Shown here: piece after piece, positions 28,410 through 37,679 of the stretch | Layout of the letters: each line of letters starts with the position of its first letter | How positions within the stretch are numbered: position 1 is the first letter of the stretch | Assembly (NCBI GenBank): GCA_046758745.1 | Contig: JBHIAV010000022.1 | Coordinates: forward strand, 1 to 43,831 | From: Gemmatimonadota bacterium | Lineage (GTDB): Bacteria > Gemmatimonadota > Gemmatimonadetes > Palauibacterales > Palauibacteraceae | Direction of reading: 5' to 3' | Length of the DNA stretch: 43,831 nucleotides | Made by a program: the position numbers and the translations under genes | The notes under the pieces: generated by a model | Told to the model about the DNA's origin: nothing | Databases searched by the model: none | The model's input: the letters and a program-made list of their open reading frames with translations, nothing else

Positions 28410-28479
28410 GACGGCCGGCGCTTCTGCGGAGTAAAGGAAACTGCAGGTATTAGAGTAGAATCAGGCGGAGCGGAGCTCA

Positions 28480-29391
28480 ATGCTGGGCAATGCAGATCCG
28501 AAGGCGCCCAACTTCTTCATCTTGGGAGCCGCCAAGAGCGGAACCACCACGCTGTATCGGCTTCTATCGGAACATCCACAGATCTTTCTTACCCGCCAGA
28601 AGGAGACCTACTTCTTTAGCGATGAGCAATACTTCAGCAAGGGACTGGCCGCCTACCTAAGAAACCACTTCAACGGAGCCGGAGGCTATCCGGTCAGAGG
28701 AGAGGCGACCGCCAATTATTTTCACAGCCCCGATCTTGTGGCGCCTCGGCTGTTGGCAGCGTTCGGCCCCGGCCTTCGGTTCGCCGTCATGCTCCGTGAC
28801 CCGGTGAAAAGGGCCTGGTCCCATTATCTCCATATGGTTCGTCTGAGTGCGGAAAACCGGCCTTTCGAGGAAGCCGTACGAGACATCGGAGGCAATATCT
28901 CAAGAGGTTGGCGAGACTACTTCAGCGACGGGTTGTACGCCCGTCAGCTGGCGCGGTGGTATGGCATTTTTCCGAGGGAGAACTTCATTTTTTTCCTCAC
29001 GACCGACTTGGCTGAGGATTGGGAGCGTGTAGCGCGAAAGGCGTTCTCCTTTCTGGGCGTCGATCCGGACGTGCGAATACCTCAGCGTCTTACGCGCAAC
29101 GTAGCTGGCGAGGTGCGTTATAGGTGGCTGGCGAGGCTGCTAAACGATGCTCCAAAGTGGGCACGACGACTGAGAGTAGCGGTGCCGTATCACCTCCGAC
29201 AGCAAATTCGTGATGTAATCAACCTCTGGAATAAGCGCCCCCTCACGGAGAATCTGATTATTGACCAGGAGACGGAGAGATTCCTGAGAGAGCAATACGC
29301 GCCGGATGTCGTACGGCTGCAGGACCTGATCGGACGGAATCTCGAGAGCTGGCTGCCGGGTTCGAAAAGCGCGCGACGCGAATCAGGTTGA
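28480..29391 (+). CDS. Sulfotransferase (PAPS-dependent)
   Basis: 5'-PSB motif PNFFILGAAKSGTTTL and 3'-PB motif LRDPVKRAWS. Confidence 0.92.
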   Translation: MLGNADPKAPNFFILGAAKSGTTTLYRLLSEHPQIFLTRQKETYFFSDEQYFSKGLAAYLRNHFNGAGGYPVRGEATANYFHSPDLVAPRLLAAFGPGLRFAVMLRDPVKRAWSHYLHMVRLSAENRPFEEAVRDIGGNISRGWRDYFSDGLYARQLARWYGIFPRENFIFFLTTDLAEDWERVARKAFSFLGVDPDVRIPQRLTRNVAGEVRYRWLARLLNDAPKWARRLRVAVPYHLRQQIRDVINLWNKRPLTENLIIDQETERFLREQYAPDVVRLQDLIGRNLESWLPGSKSARRESG

Positions 29392-29418
29392 TGTCGCCGA
29401 TCTTGGGCGAGGGGGAGG

Positions 29419-30567
29419 TCAGCCGGGTCGACGCCGCGCCTGTTCCACCGCTCTGGTGAGGCCCTCGAGGACGGCCCGCGCGGTGCGCTCCCAGTTGAAG
29501 TTTGAGGACCGCTCAAGCCCCTTCCGGCGCAGCTCCTCTCGCAGCTCGACGTCCCCGAGTACACAGAGGATCTTGTCCGCGAAACTTGCGGAATCCTCGG
29601 GATCAGCAAGCAAGCCAGCACCGCCCGTCGTCTCGAGACAGGCCCCCGTCCGAGATGCCACAACCGGGCAGCCGCAGCTCATGGCTTCCACTAGAGTAAA
29701 GGCGAAGCCCTCGTAAAAGGAGGGTAGTATGAAGAGGTCCGCCATTTCGTAGAGCTTCGGCATCTCCAGGTGGGGAACGAGGCCCAGGAACTGGACGCCT
29801 TCAAGGTCCGCGTCCGTCCAGCCCCTATTCTCTAGATACTCGTGGATACGATGCCCAGCAATAACGAGACGGTGTGGGACCCGGTCGCGACATAGCCGGA
29901 ACGCCTGGATGGCGGTCTCGACGTTCTTCGTTCCGGTGAAGGCCGTCCCCTTGAGCCCGATATTCTCAACCCGCGATACGTTTAGAATGAACTGCTTCGG
30001 CAGCTTGTATTTGTCCCGGAATTCTGCTAAGGCCGTCTGATCCCTTGGTCGCCGGAACTGAAAGTTCGGGGCTGCGTAGGTCACCGTCGCGGACTCGAGT
30101 GGAAGCTTGAGGTATTTCCGGTTCTCCTCGAGGATGAATCTCGTCCACGGAAAGAAATGCGAAGACTTCCGGCAGTAAAGCGGGAGCATCGTTCGCATGT
30201 AGGCTACTTCCAGCCAACTGTGGTGCTCCGGGTGCGCCCACCAAGACGGCTCCTGCAGCCCCATCGCCGTCGGGCAGTGGCTGAGAAGGGGCACGCTGAA
30301 CTTTGGGTTGAAGATGATATCGGCGCGCTTCTTAAGCGCCCAGTAAGGCACAGCAAACTGGTCCCATAGCAGCTTATGAGAGGGTCCGATCAGAAGCTCC
30401 GCCGCGTTGTTGCAGTCAGCGAACCGTCCCAACCACCTCCGCGTTCGGTACAGCAGAAGATAGCTGTTCGTCCCATCGATCCGGAGTAACGTGTCCACGA
30501 GGCGTTCTGTGTACGTGCGAAACCCCGTGTCCTGATCTATCGCCCGCATCATGACAGCGATTCTCAA
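29419..30567 (-). CDS. GT4 glycosyltransferase (related to 27234-28409)
   Basis: EGFAFTLVEAMSCG. Shares DQD, FNPKFS and LPLYCRK with the 27234 protein. Confidence 0.92.
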   Translation of the reverse strand: MRIAVMMRAIDQDTGFRTYTERLVDTLLRIDGTNSYLLLYRTRRWLGRFADCNNAAELLIGPSHKLLWDQFAVPYWALKKRADIIFNPKFSVPLLSHCPTAMGLQEPSWWAHPEHHSWLEVAYMRTMLPLYCRKSSHFFPWTRFILEENRKYLKLPLESATVTYAAPNFQFRRPRDQTALAEFRDKYKLPKQFILNVSRVENIGLKGTAFTGTKNVETAIQAFRLCRDRVPHRLVIAGHRIHEYLENRGWTDADLEGVQFLGLVPHLEMPKLYEMADLFILPSFYEGFAFTLVEAMSCGCPVVASRTGACLETTGGAGLLADPEDSASFADKILCVLGDVELREELRRKGLERSSNFNWERTARAVLEGLTRAVEQARRRPG

Positions 30568-30651
30568 AACGAGCCTCTTCCGTTGAAAGACATCGCCTCG
30601 CTCGGCTCTTAGCCGGGCATCCCGAACCGGTTGGGGAAGCGTGCCGGTCGT

Positions 30652-31878
30652 CTAGCGTACATGCCGTATCACTAGAAAGCCCGTTGCCACGGCGCGCCCC
30701 ATCCACCCAACAGCCACTCCGTACACTAGTCCTACCAGACCCCACGTCGCACCTAGTGCCGCGCACGCAATCGTCAGTCCCACCGAGCCCCACCCGATGA
30801 GATTCATTAGGAAAAGCTCTCTCGTACTTCCTAGACCCTCGATGATGGTGTTGAGGAAGCTTGTAAGGATTTTGGCCAACCCAGCGGCCAGAGCGGCGAG
30901 GATGAGGGCCGACGGCAAGTAGTACTTGCCGGCGAGCAGCCATTCAACGATCAACGGCCCGGCGAACCAGACAAATAGAGCCGCTGCGATCGCCGCGGCG
31001 CCGACGGCGACAGCCTCGCCCACAAGGAGACGCTGGCGAGCCCTTATCGAGCCCGCCTCCCTTAGCCGCGGAAGCAGAGTATGGCCGACCCCGACCTGCA
31101 ACATCCGGAACGGTGACAGGGCTATTGCCGCCAGAACGCCGTAAGTGGCCAGCGCTTCCAAGGAGAGGAACCACGGAATGATCAAACGCTCCGCCTGGCC
31201 GAGCACGATGCCGACTCCTCTCACGCCGGCATACGAGAGCGGTTCGGCCCAGCCATACCACTCCTCCTCGCGCGCGCGCGCAGCATGTTTTCTTAGGAGC
31301 TTGCCCCAGCTAAGCCCGGCGACGGCCAGGTAGCCGATCACCAGGGTTGCGATCGGCGGCCAAACTGACGTCACAGCAAGCACAAGCGTCCCGGCGGCGG
31401 CGAGAAGGAGGATCAGGTTGGCGCTCTGCGACACGGCAATCGACACTTCAAAGCGCAACCGGCTCTGGAAATAGGCCGCCGCCAAGGTGGTCGCTCCCCC
31501 CGCAATGACGCCTGTGAGTATGAAAAGCAGAAGGAGAGTGTCCAGCGGATACAACAGTGCTCCAACCACCACCGTGACAGTGCCAACGACGGCCGACGTG
31601 AAGAGCACGCGGCGGAGCATCCCGGGGCTCGGCTCGAGCCGACGGCGATTCACTAGGCCATCCGCCCCGGCTGGGGCGATGTAGATGCTTACGTTCAGGA
31701 GCGCCATTACGAGCGCAAAGAGGGCGTAGTCGATCACCGTAAGGCTACGGGCGAGAAGGAGGTTGGCACCGGCGAACCCTAGGCCCGAGATCGCGAAGAT
31801 CACGGCCACGCGGAGCGCCGACGAACGCCCTAAGTGACCTACGGCTCTCCTGGTGAGGCGGTCTACCTCTCTAGGCAC
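30652..31878 (-). CDS. Wzx-like polysaccharide flippase
   Basis: About 12 hydrophobic segments, N-terminal LLLARSL...DYALFA, and location in a glycan locus. Confidence 0.72.
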   Translation of the reverse strand: MPREVDRLTRRAVGHLGRSSALRVAVIFAISGLGFAGANLLLARSLTVIDYALFALVMALLNVSIYIAPAGADGLVNRRRLEPSPGMLRRVLFTSAVVGTVTVVVGALLYPLDTLLLLFILTGVIAGGATTLAAAYFQSRLRFEVSIAVSQSANLILLLAAAGTLVLAVTSVWPPIATLVIGYLAVAGLSWGKLLRKHAARAREEEWYGWAEPLSYAGVRGVGIVLGQAERLIIPWFLSLEALATYGVLAAIALSPFRMLQVGVGHTLLPRLREAGSIRARQRLLVGEAVAVGAAAIAAALFVWFAGPLIVEWLLAGKYYLPSALILAALAAGLAKILTSFLNTIIEGLGSTRELFLMNLIGWGSVGLTIACAALGATWGLVGLVYGVAVGWMGRAVATGFLVIRHVR

Positions 31879-32555
31879 AGCTCAATCTGCGGCCGGGGTC
31901 AGTCCTTAGAATTGAGACCGACAGCGCGAATAGGTCGGTGAGAAAGGAGAATAGAAGCCAAACGGCCACGTCGCCCCCGACACTCACCGCGGCCAACCAC
32001 GGCGCGCCGAGCGAATCCGGCAACCGATCTCCTGCACTCTCCGCGACAATTCCCCGGCTGGGCTCGCTTCCCGCCGGTGCGTGCCCGATGAAGATAGCAG
32101 TCTGCTCCCTTCGCTTGCGAAGATAACGGGAGCCGCAGAACAGCGGCCACGGCCGTGAGCTGCTGCCCAGCCCCGGGATGCAGCCCAGATTACGGCAACG
32201 ACGGAAAGTCTATCCGCAGAAATTGGACCGCCTTGGACCAGAAAGCCGCGAACCTTGAGCCGGGATGCCGATCCACATTCTTGTGTACCCACACTCCACG
32301 TCCCCTCTTGGGCCTTGTTCCGGCTAGCAAAGCCGGACAGCTTTAGCGAGACGGCGCGGCCGGTGCAGGAGTTGCGACTTTATTGCTGTAGAGACTCCCA
32401 TTTCGAATTCGAGGCGAGAGCCCCTGTAGCGTGGCTGTCACAGGATCGGACCGATACACCGGATCAACCCACCGGTCGGTGGCGAGCCGTGCGGAGGACG
32501 GCGCGCTTGAACAACGGGCCGCGGCGGCACATCCATTGCGTCCCAGGTTGGTCTC

Positions 32556-33503
32556 ATGAGTGACCGTCCTCGAATCTCCGTAGTCGTCCCCCTGCACAAC
32601 GAGGAGGCTAGCGTTAGCCTGCTGGTGGATGGCATACGTGGCTCCCTCGGTTCCGAGCCGGACTGGGAGCTCCTGCTTGTGGACGACGGAAGCCAGGATG
32701 CCACGGCCAGGATCGCAGCCGAACTGGCCGGCACCGACGGCCGGGTGCGGTTCCTTGCACTCGCGCGCAACTACGGCCAGACCGCGGCTATGCAGGCGGG
32801 GTTCGACCACACGAGCGGCGAGGTGGTCGTGAGCATGGATGGGGACCTGCAGAACGATCCCACCGACATTCCGCGCCTTCTGGCCAAGCTGGAAGAAGGC
32901 TACGACTTGGTGGCCGGATACCGGGTGGGGCGCCGTGACAAACTCATCGCGCGAAAGATCCCCTCGTGGGTGGCCAACCTTATCATTGGGTGGCTCACTG
33001 GCGTTCCAATTCGCGATAACGGCTGCTCGCTGAAGGCGTACCGACGAGAGCTGCTTGAGCGTCTCCACCTGTACTCCGATATGCACCGTTTCATTCCGGC
33101 GGTAGCTGCGGCGACGGCTGGGGCGCGCATCGCGCAGATTCCAGTGCGCCACCATCCCCGTCGCTTCGGAAAAAGCAAGTATGGTCTGTCGCGCGTGTGG
33201 AAGGTTCTCGCCGACCTCCTGACGATCAAGATGATCCGGTCCTTCCGCGAGCGCCCGCTGGCCATGTTCGCTGTCGCGTCGGCGGCCGCTGGAGCAGTGG
33301 CCCTCCTCTTCGGAATCGAGGCGCTCCGAGCGCTCGGCGGCCGCCACGGCTCCGGACTGGCGTACCTCGTCTTCCCGAGCACCGCGTTGGTGTGGCTGTC
33401 ACTCGCGTCGTATCTCCTCCTGGTGGGGCTGATCGCCGAGGTAGCATTGGGGGAGCACCGGCGTGCGGAAAGCCCTAGTCTTCCTGTCGTGAGGGAGACA
33501 TGA
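32556..33503 (+). CDS. GT2 polyprenol-phosphate glycosyltransferase (DPM1/GtrB-like)
   Basis: Motifs VVPLHNEE, VDDGSQD, MDGDLQNDP and HRFIP, plus two C-terminal TM helices. Confidence 0.92.
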   Translation: MSDRPRISVVVPLHNEEASVSLLVDGIRGSLGSEPDWELLLVDDGSQDATARIAAELAGTDGRVRFLALARNYGQTAAMQAGFDHTSGEVVVSMDGDLQNDPTDIPRLLAKLEEGYDLVAGYRVGRRDKLIARKIPSWVANLIIGWLTGVPIRDNGCSLKAYRRELLERLHLYSDMHRFIPAVAAATAGARIAQIPVRHHPRRFGKSKYGLSRVWKVLADLLTIKMIRSFRERPLAMFAVASAAAGAVALLFGIEALRALGGRHGSGLAYLVFPSTALVWLSLASYLLLVGLIAEVALGEHRRAESPSLPVVRET

Positions 33504-34540
33504 CGGCCCGAGAAGTCGCGGAGGCAGGCCGGCTGGAGCCGTTTTCGGAAGATCGCCAGGCTGAGCCTTCCGAGGCCGCCAGAGCCAGTCAAGAGCTCGA
33601 CGTGTCGGTGGTGGTGCCGGTCATCGAGCCCCCGGATCCGTTCGCCTCGCTGTACCATGAGTTCACGGCGCCGATCCGTTCGACGGGCCGATCGTTCGAG
33701 TTCCTCGTCGTGACGGAGCCTGACTACATGCACAGCGTAGAACCGCTGCGGGAACTGGCACGGGCGGGCGAGCCGGTTCGCGTTCTTGAGGTAGGCCAGC
33801 GACTCGGGGAATCGGCGCTGCTCAAGATCGGGGAGGCCCACGCTCGCGGGCGGATCATCGTAACCCTTCCAGCGGTGCGAAAGGTGCAAGCGGATGCCCT
33901 CCCCGAACTCGTCAGCCGGATCGAGGAGGGGACGGACCTGGTCGTCGCGCGACGATGGCCACGGCGAGACCCGTGGATCAACAGGTTGCAGACTCGCGTC
34001 GTTGACTGGCTCACAGGCCGGCTTGCTGGTTGGTCGTTCCACGATATGGGCTGCGGAGTCCACGCCATGCGGCGGGAGGTGTTGCGGGAGATGCCTCTGT
34101 ACGGGGAGTTCCACCGCTTCCTCCCCCTCCTCGCGCACCGCGAGGGCTTCGAGGTCGTGGAGGTGGCGAGCCCGCAGCACCCGACCGACCGGCGTGTCCG
34201 CATCTTCTCGCCATGGCGATACCTGCGTCGCCTGGTGGACGCGCTCGGCGTCTTCTTCCTACTTCGCTTCACCGATCGGCCCCTTCGCTTCTTCGGGATC
34301 CTTGGGAGCCTCCTCGCCGTGGTCGGCGGCGTGATACTGGGAATGCTCTTTGTCCAGCGACTAGGCGGACAGCCCATCGCGGACCGGCCGCTCCTGGTGC
34401 TCGGGGTGTTGATCTTCACCCTCGGCGTGCAGGCCTTCGCGCTGGGGCTGGTGGGGGAGATCATCGTGCACCTCCACGCCCCCGCGAAGCGTCCCTATCG
34501 CGTTCGAGAACGGTCGGAGACGGCGACGGAGGCGCCCTGA
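33500..34540 (+). CDS. GT2-like membrane protein lacking the catalytic DxD
   Basis: Collinear with the upstream GT2 (HDMGCG, YGEFHRFLP, RPLRFFG, two TM helices), but VTLPAVRK replaces SMDGDLQ. ATGA overlap with the upstream gene. Confidence 0.8.
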   Translation: MTAREVAEAGRLEPFSEDRQAEPSEAARASQELDVSVVVPVIEPPDPFASLYHEFTAPIRSTGRSFEFLVVTEPDYMHSVEPLRELARAGEPVRVLEVGQRLGESALLKIGEAHARGRIIVTLPAVRKVQADALPELVSRIEEGTDLVVARRWPRRDPWINRLQTRVVDWLTGRLAGWSFHDMGCGVHAMRREVLREMPLYGEFHRFLPLLAHREGFEVVEVASPQHPTDRRVRIFSPWRYLRRLVDALGVFFLLRFTDRPLRFFGILGSLLAVVGGVILGMLFVQRLGGQPIADRPLLVLGVLIFTLGVQAFALGLVGEIIVHLHAPAKRPYRVRERSETATEAP

Positions 34541-34653
34541 GGGAGCCCGGCTCAGCTCGTGGCGGGTTTCGACAGCCCCGCCGCGGTCGGGGAACCGGCA
34601 CCTTTGAGGGAGCCGAGCCCGGAGTAGCCCTGCCGTTTCCCCGAGAGGGACCT

Positions 34654-35733
34654 TCAGCGGGAGGCGGATCGGGAGAGTCCGGCGACCGCGACCCCGTCGC
34701 TCCCGCCGGATGACTCCTGCGCCCTGAACCACTCCACGAAGCGCCGCACGCCTTCCTCGATCTCCACCCGGGGCGTGTAGCCGAGCACGCTCTCGGCGTT
34801 CTCAGCGCTCGCGAAGGTGATGGAGACATCCCCCGGCTGCATGGGGAGCCGGTCCACGCGTGGCCGGATCCCGAGCTCCCGGCCCAGAAGTCGAACCAGC
34901 TCCGAGAGCTGGATCGGATCGCTGCGACCGAGATTGAGGGTGTGGAAGACGGGACCGGATCGTGCCTCGCCTCGCAGCCGGGCCAGCGCCCGCACCACTC
35001 CCTCGATGATGTCGTCGATGTACGTATAATCGCGACCGCTGCTTCCGTCGCCGTACACCGGGATCTTCTCACCCGCCGCCATCAGCCGGACGAACTTGTG
35101 GATCGCGAGGTCCGGCCTCTGCCGGGGGCCGTATACGGTGAAGAAGCGCAGGCAGTATACGGACAACCGATACAGGTGGTGGTAGCTGTGACAGATCAGC
35201 TCGGCGGCCCGTTTCGAGGCCGCGTAGGGCGAGATCGGCCTATCCGCCGCCATCTCCTCCCGGAACGGGACCTCGTCCGTCTCTCCATACACCGATGAGG
35301 AAGAGCCCAGGAGGAGCAGGGAGACGTGGTGCCGTCGCATCGCCTGAAGGACGCTCACGGTGCCCGCCACGTTCACGTCGAAGCAGAGCTCCGGCTCCTC
35401 GATCGAAGGACGTACGCCGGGGCGAGCCGCGAGGTGGACGACCGTGTCGAAGGGCACCGAGCCGAACAGTCCGTCAAGCAGCACGCCGTCACGGATGTCG
35501 CCCTCCACGAAATGCATGCGGGGATGAGCGAGCGCGGTCTCCAGGTTCGCCCGCTTGACGTCCGGCGAGTAGAAGGGGTCGAGGTTGTCGAGCGCCCACA
35601 CGGCGTGTCCGTCGGCCAGCAGTCGCTCGCACAGATGCGAGCCGATGAAGCCGGCGGCCCCGGTGACCAGCACCCTCTCGGGCTGGCCCTCGGTCCCCGC
35701 TCGGGAATCGCTTCGAACCTCCGACGTGCTCAC
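34654..35733 (-). CDS. UDP-glucuronate 4-epimerase-like NAD-dependent epimerase
   Basis: Motifs TGAAGFIG, HLAARPGVRPS, SSSSVYG, PISPYAASK, RFFTVYGPRQRPDLA and QPGDV. Confidence 0.9.
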   Translation of the reverse strand: MSTSEVRSDSRAGTEGQPERVLVTGAAGFIGSHLCERLLADGHAVWALDNLDPFYSPDVKRANLETALAHPRMHFVEGDIRDGVLLDGLFGSVPFDTVVHLAARPGVRPSIEEPELCFDVNVAGTVSVLQAMRRHHVSLLLLGSSSSVYGETDEVPFREEMAADRPISPYAASKRAAELICHSYHHLYRLSVYCLRFFTVYGPRQRPDLAIHKFVRLMAAGEKIPVYGDGSSGRDYTYIDDIIEGVVRALARLRGEARSGPVFHTLNLGRSDPIQLSELVRLLGRELGIRPRVDRLPMQPGDVSITFASAENAESVLGYTPRVEIEEGVRRFVEWFRAQESSGGSDGVAVAGLSRSASR

Positions 35734-35849
35734 CTGGTCTCCGTTCGAGGTTGACGAACCCGTCCGAAGAGGGAATAGCTGGCGGCCGCGAGCCGGATGG
35801 TCACAAGAAACTAGACCGGATCACCGCGCGCAGCCATGGCCGTTGTCGG

Positions 35850-35864
35850 GCAAGAGCGGTGCCG
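35850..35864 (-). promoter_or_regulatory. Sigma-54 (-24/-12) promoter for the epimerase gene
   Basis: Minus strand reads CGGCACC-GCTC-TTGC, about 117 bp upstream of the start. Confidence 0.65.
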
Positions 35865-36221
35865 CCACTGGCGGTCCCGGCCAGCCCGCGCCGCGCTGCG
35901 GCCGGCTCGGCGTCATCGGACCGCGCGGAAGCCGCCCCATCGCGCCCTCTGTGTGGCACGCGGACGCCTTCCAATGTAGAGCGGTCGCCACAAGTCCGCT
36001 GCGGGAGGCGGCTCCGCCGATCCGCCATCCGGGGCATGCGACCCGACGTATGTGAAGGAGAGCGAGCGGACTCCGGGGTTCCGGCGTTCGTTTCCCTCGA
36101 AGGGGAGCATGGTGGCTCGCCGTTTGAATTGGTCGGCAGCGCTATGCTTTCGCGTCCTCACGCACCCTTCGCCGGGGGAACGAATGTGTGCGGTTTCGTT
36201 GCTTACACATAGGCTGACGGG

Positions 36222-37358
36222 ATGAGGCTCGTCCACGTCGCCGCCACGGCTCCCGACCTGATGAGGGTCGCCGAGGTGATGGAGGCCTTCGCCCGGGCGG
36301 GGGAGCAGGAGCAGCTTCTGGTCCATACCGGCCCTCCCTTCCGCGACGACCTCGCCCGGCATCTCTTCCAGGAGCTGGGGCTGCCGAAGCCGAGGCTCAG
36401 CCTCGGGATCGGGGCCGGCTCGCGCGCGCTCCGGACGGGTCGGGGCATCATCGCCGTCGAGCCGACGCTCCGGCGGGCCGACGCGGACTGGGTCTTCACG
36501 ATCGGTGACGCGGAGGCGATCCTCGCGGCGGCACTCGTCGCCGCCAAGCTCGGTCTCCGGGTGGCCCGCCTGGAAGCCGGGCTCCGCAGCCACGAGCCGC
36601 GAGAGCCGGAGGAGATCAATCGTACGCTGACGGACCGGCTGGCCCACGCGCTGCTCACGAGCGAGCCATCGGCGCGGGAGAACCTCCTGCGGGAGGGAGT
36701 GGCCGAGAACCTCATCCACCCGGTCGGCAGCCTGACCATCGATGTGCTGGACCGGTTTCGCGAAAGGGCTACCGAGCCGGCCCTCCTCGGGGCGCTGGGC
36801 CTCGAGCCGCGCCGATACGTGATCGTCCTCCTGCAGCGCGCCGCCGACGCGGAGGATGCGAGCCGCCTCCGGGTGATCCTGCAGGCCCTGGGGGCCGTGA
36901 CCGCGGAGTCGGCCTGTCCGGCTGTCGTTCCCATGCCGCAGAGGCTCTCGGCCGTGGTCCGTGCGCAACACCTCGAGCCGCTGCTCGCCCCGCTCCACCT
37001 GCTCCGTCCCCTCGGTTACCTCGAGCACCTCGTCCTTCTCGAGTCGGCCGGCGCGGTGGTGACGGACTCCGGTCCGGTGCAGGAGGAGTCGACCGTGCTC
37101 GGCGTTCCATGCGTCACGCTTCGCCGATCCACCGAGCGTCCGATCACCGTCACCCGCGGAACGAATCGGCTGGTGGACGGGGACCTCGGGGAGCTGCCCG
37201 ACGTGATCCGACTTGCCATGGGATCGCGGCGTGAGCCGCGGCGCCCGGAGCTGTGGGACGGAAGGACGGCGGAGCGCGTGGTGGAGGCGATCCAGCGCCG
37301 AGGGCCGACGGGGGCGTCCGATCCGCTCGGGACCCGCCCGAGGCCGGCCCTCCCGTAG
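36222..37358 (+). CDS. wecB: UDP-N-acetylglucosamine 2-epimerase (WecB) homolog with divergent motifs
   Basis: Motifs VHTG, EAGLRS, PEEINR, TDSGPVQEE, TERPIT..GTN and WDGRTAERVV. Confidence 0.8.
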   Translation: MRLVHVAATAPDLMRVAEVMEAFARAGEQEQLLVHTGPPFRDDLARHLFQELGLPKPRLSLGIGAGSRALRTGRGIIAVEPTLRRADADWVFTIGDAEAILAAALVAAKLGLRVARLEAGLRSHEPREPEEINRTLTDRLAHALLTSEPSARENLLREGVAENLIHPVGSLTIDVLDRFRERATEPALLGALGLEPRRYVIVLLQRAADAEDASRLRVILQALGAVTAESACPAVVPMPQRLSAVVRAQHLEPLLAPLHLLRPLGYLEHLVLLESAGAVVTDSGPVQEESTVLGVPCVTLRRSTERPITVTRGTNRLVDGDLGELPDVIRLAMGSRREPRRPELWDGRTAERVVEAIQRRGPTGASDPLGTRPRPALP

Positions 37359-37679
37359 TCGGATCTCCGCCACACTTCGCCGGGATAGGCGGGGCCGGGT
37401 GTCCGGACTGAGGTTCCTGATGGCCGGCCGCCACGCCGAGGGCTGTCTCATCTTGGCGACGAAGCAGCCGCGCGGCGCCCTCACGGCCCGTCTCCCGGCG
37501 GTCGTGTGTGACCTTTCCCGCTCCTCGGTCGTCTTGTTCGTCGAGAGAGGGCGACGCTGCCGCATCGATCCCACACCCCACCGATGCTCGGGCAGAGGCT
37601 CAGGCCAGCGGTTGGAAAGACTGCGGCGAGCGTGCAGCGTGGCGAACCAGGCTCCCTTCGTGACAGGATCCGAATACAC

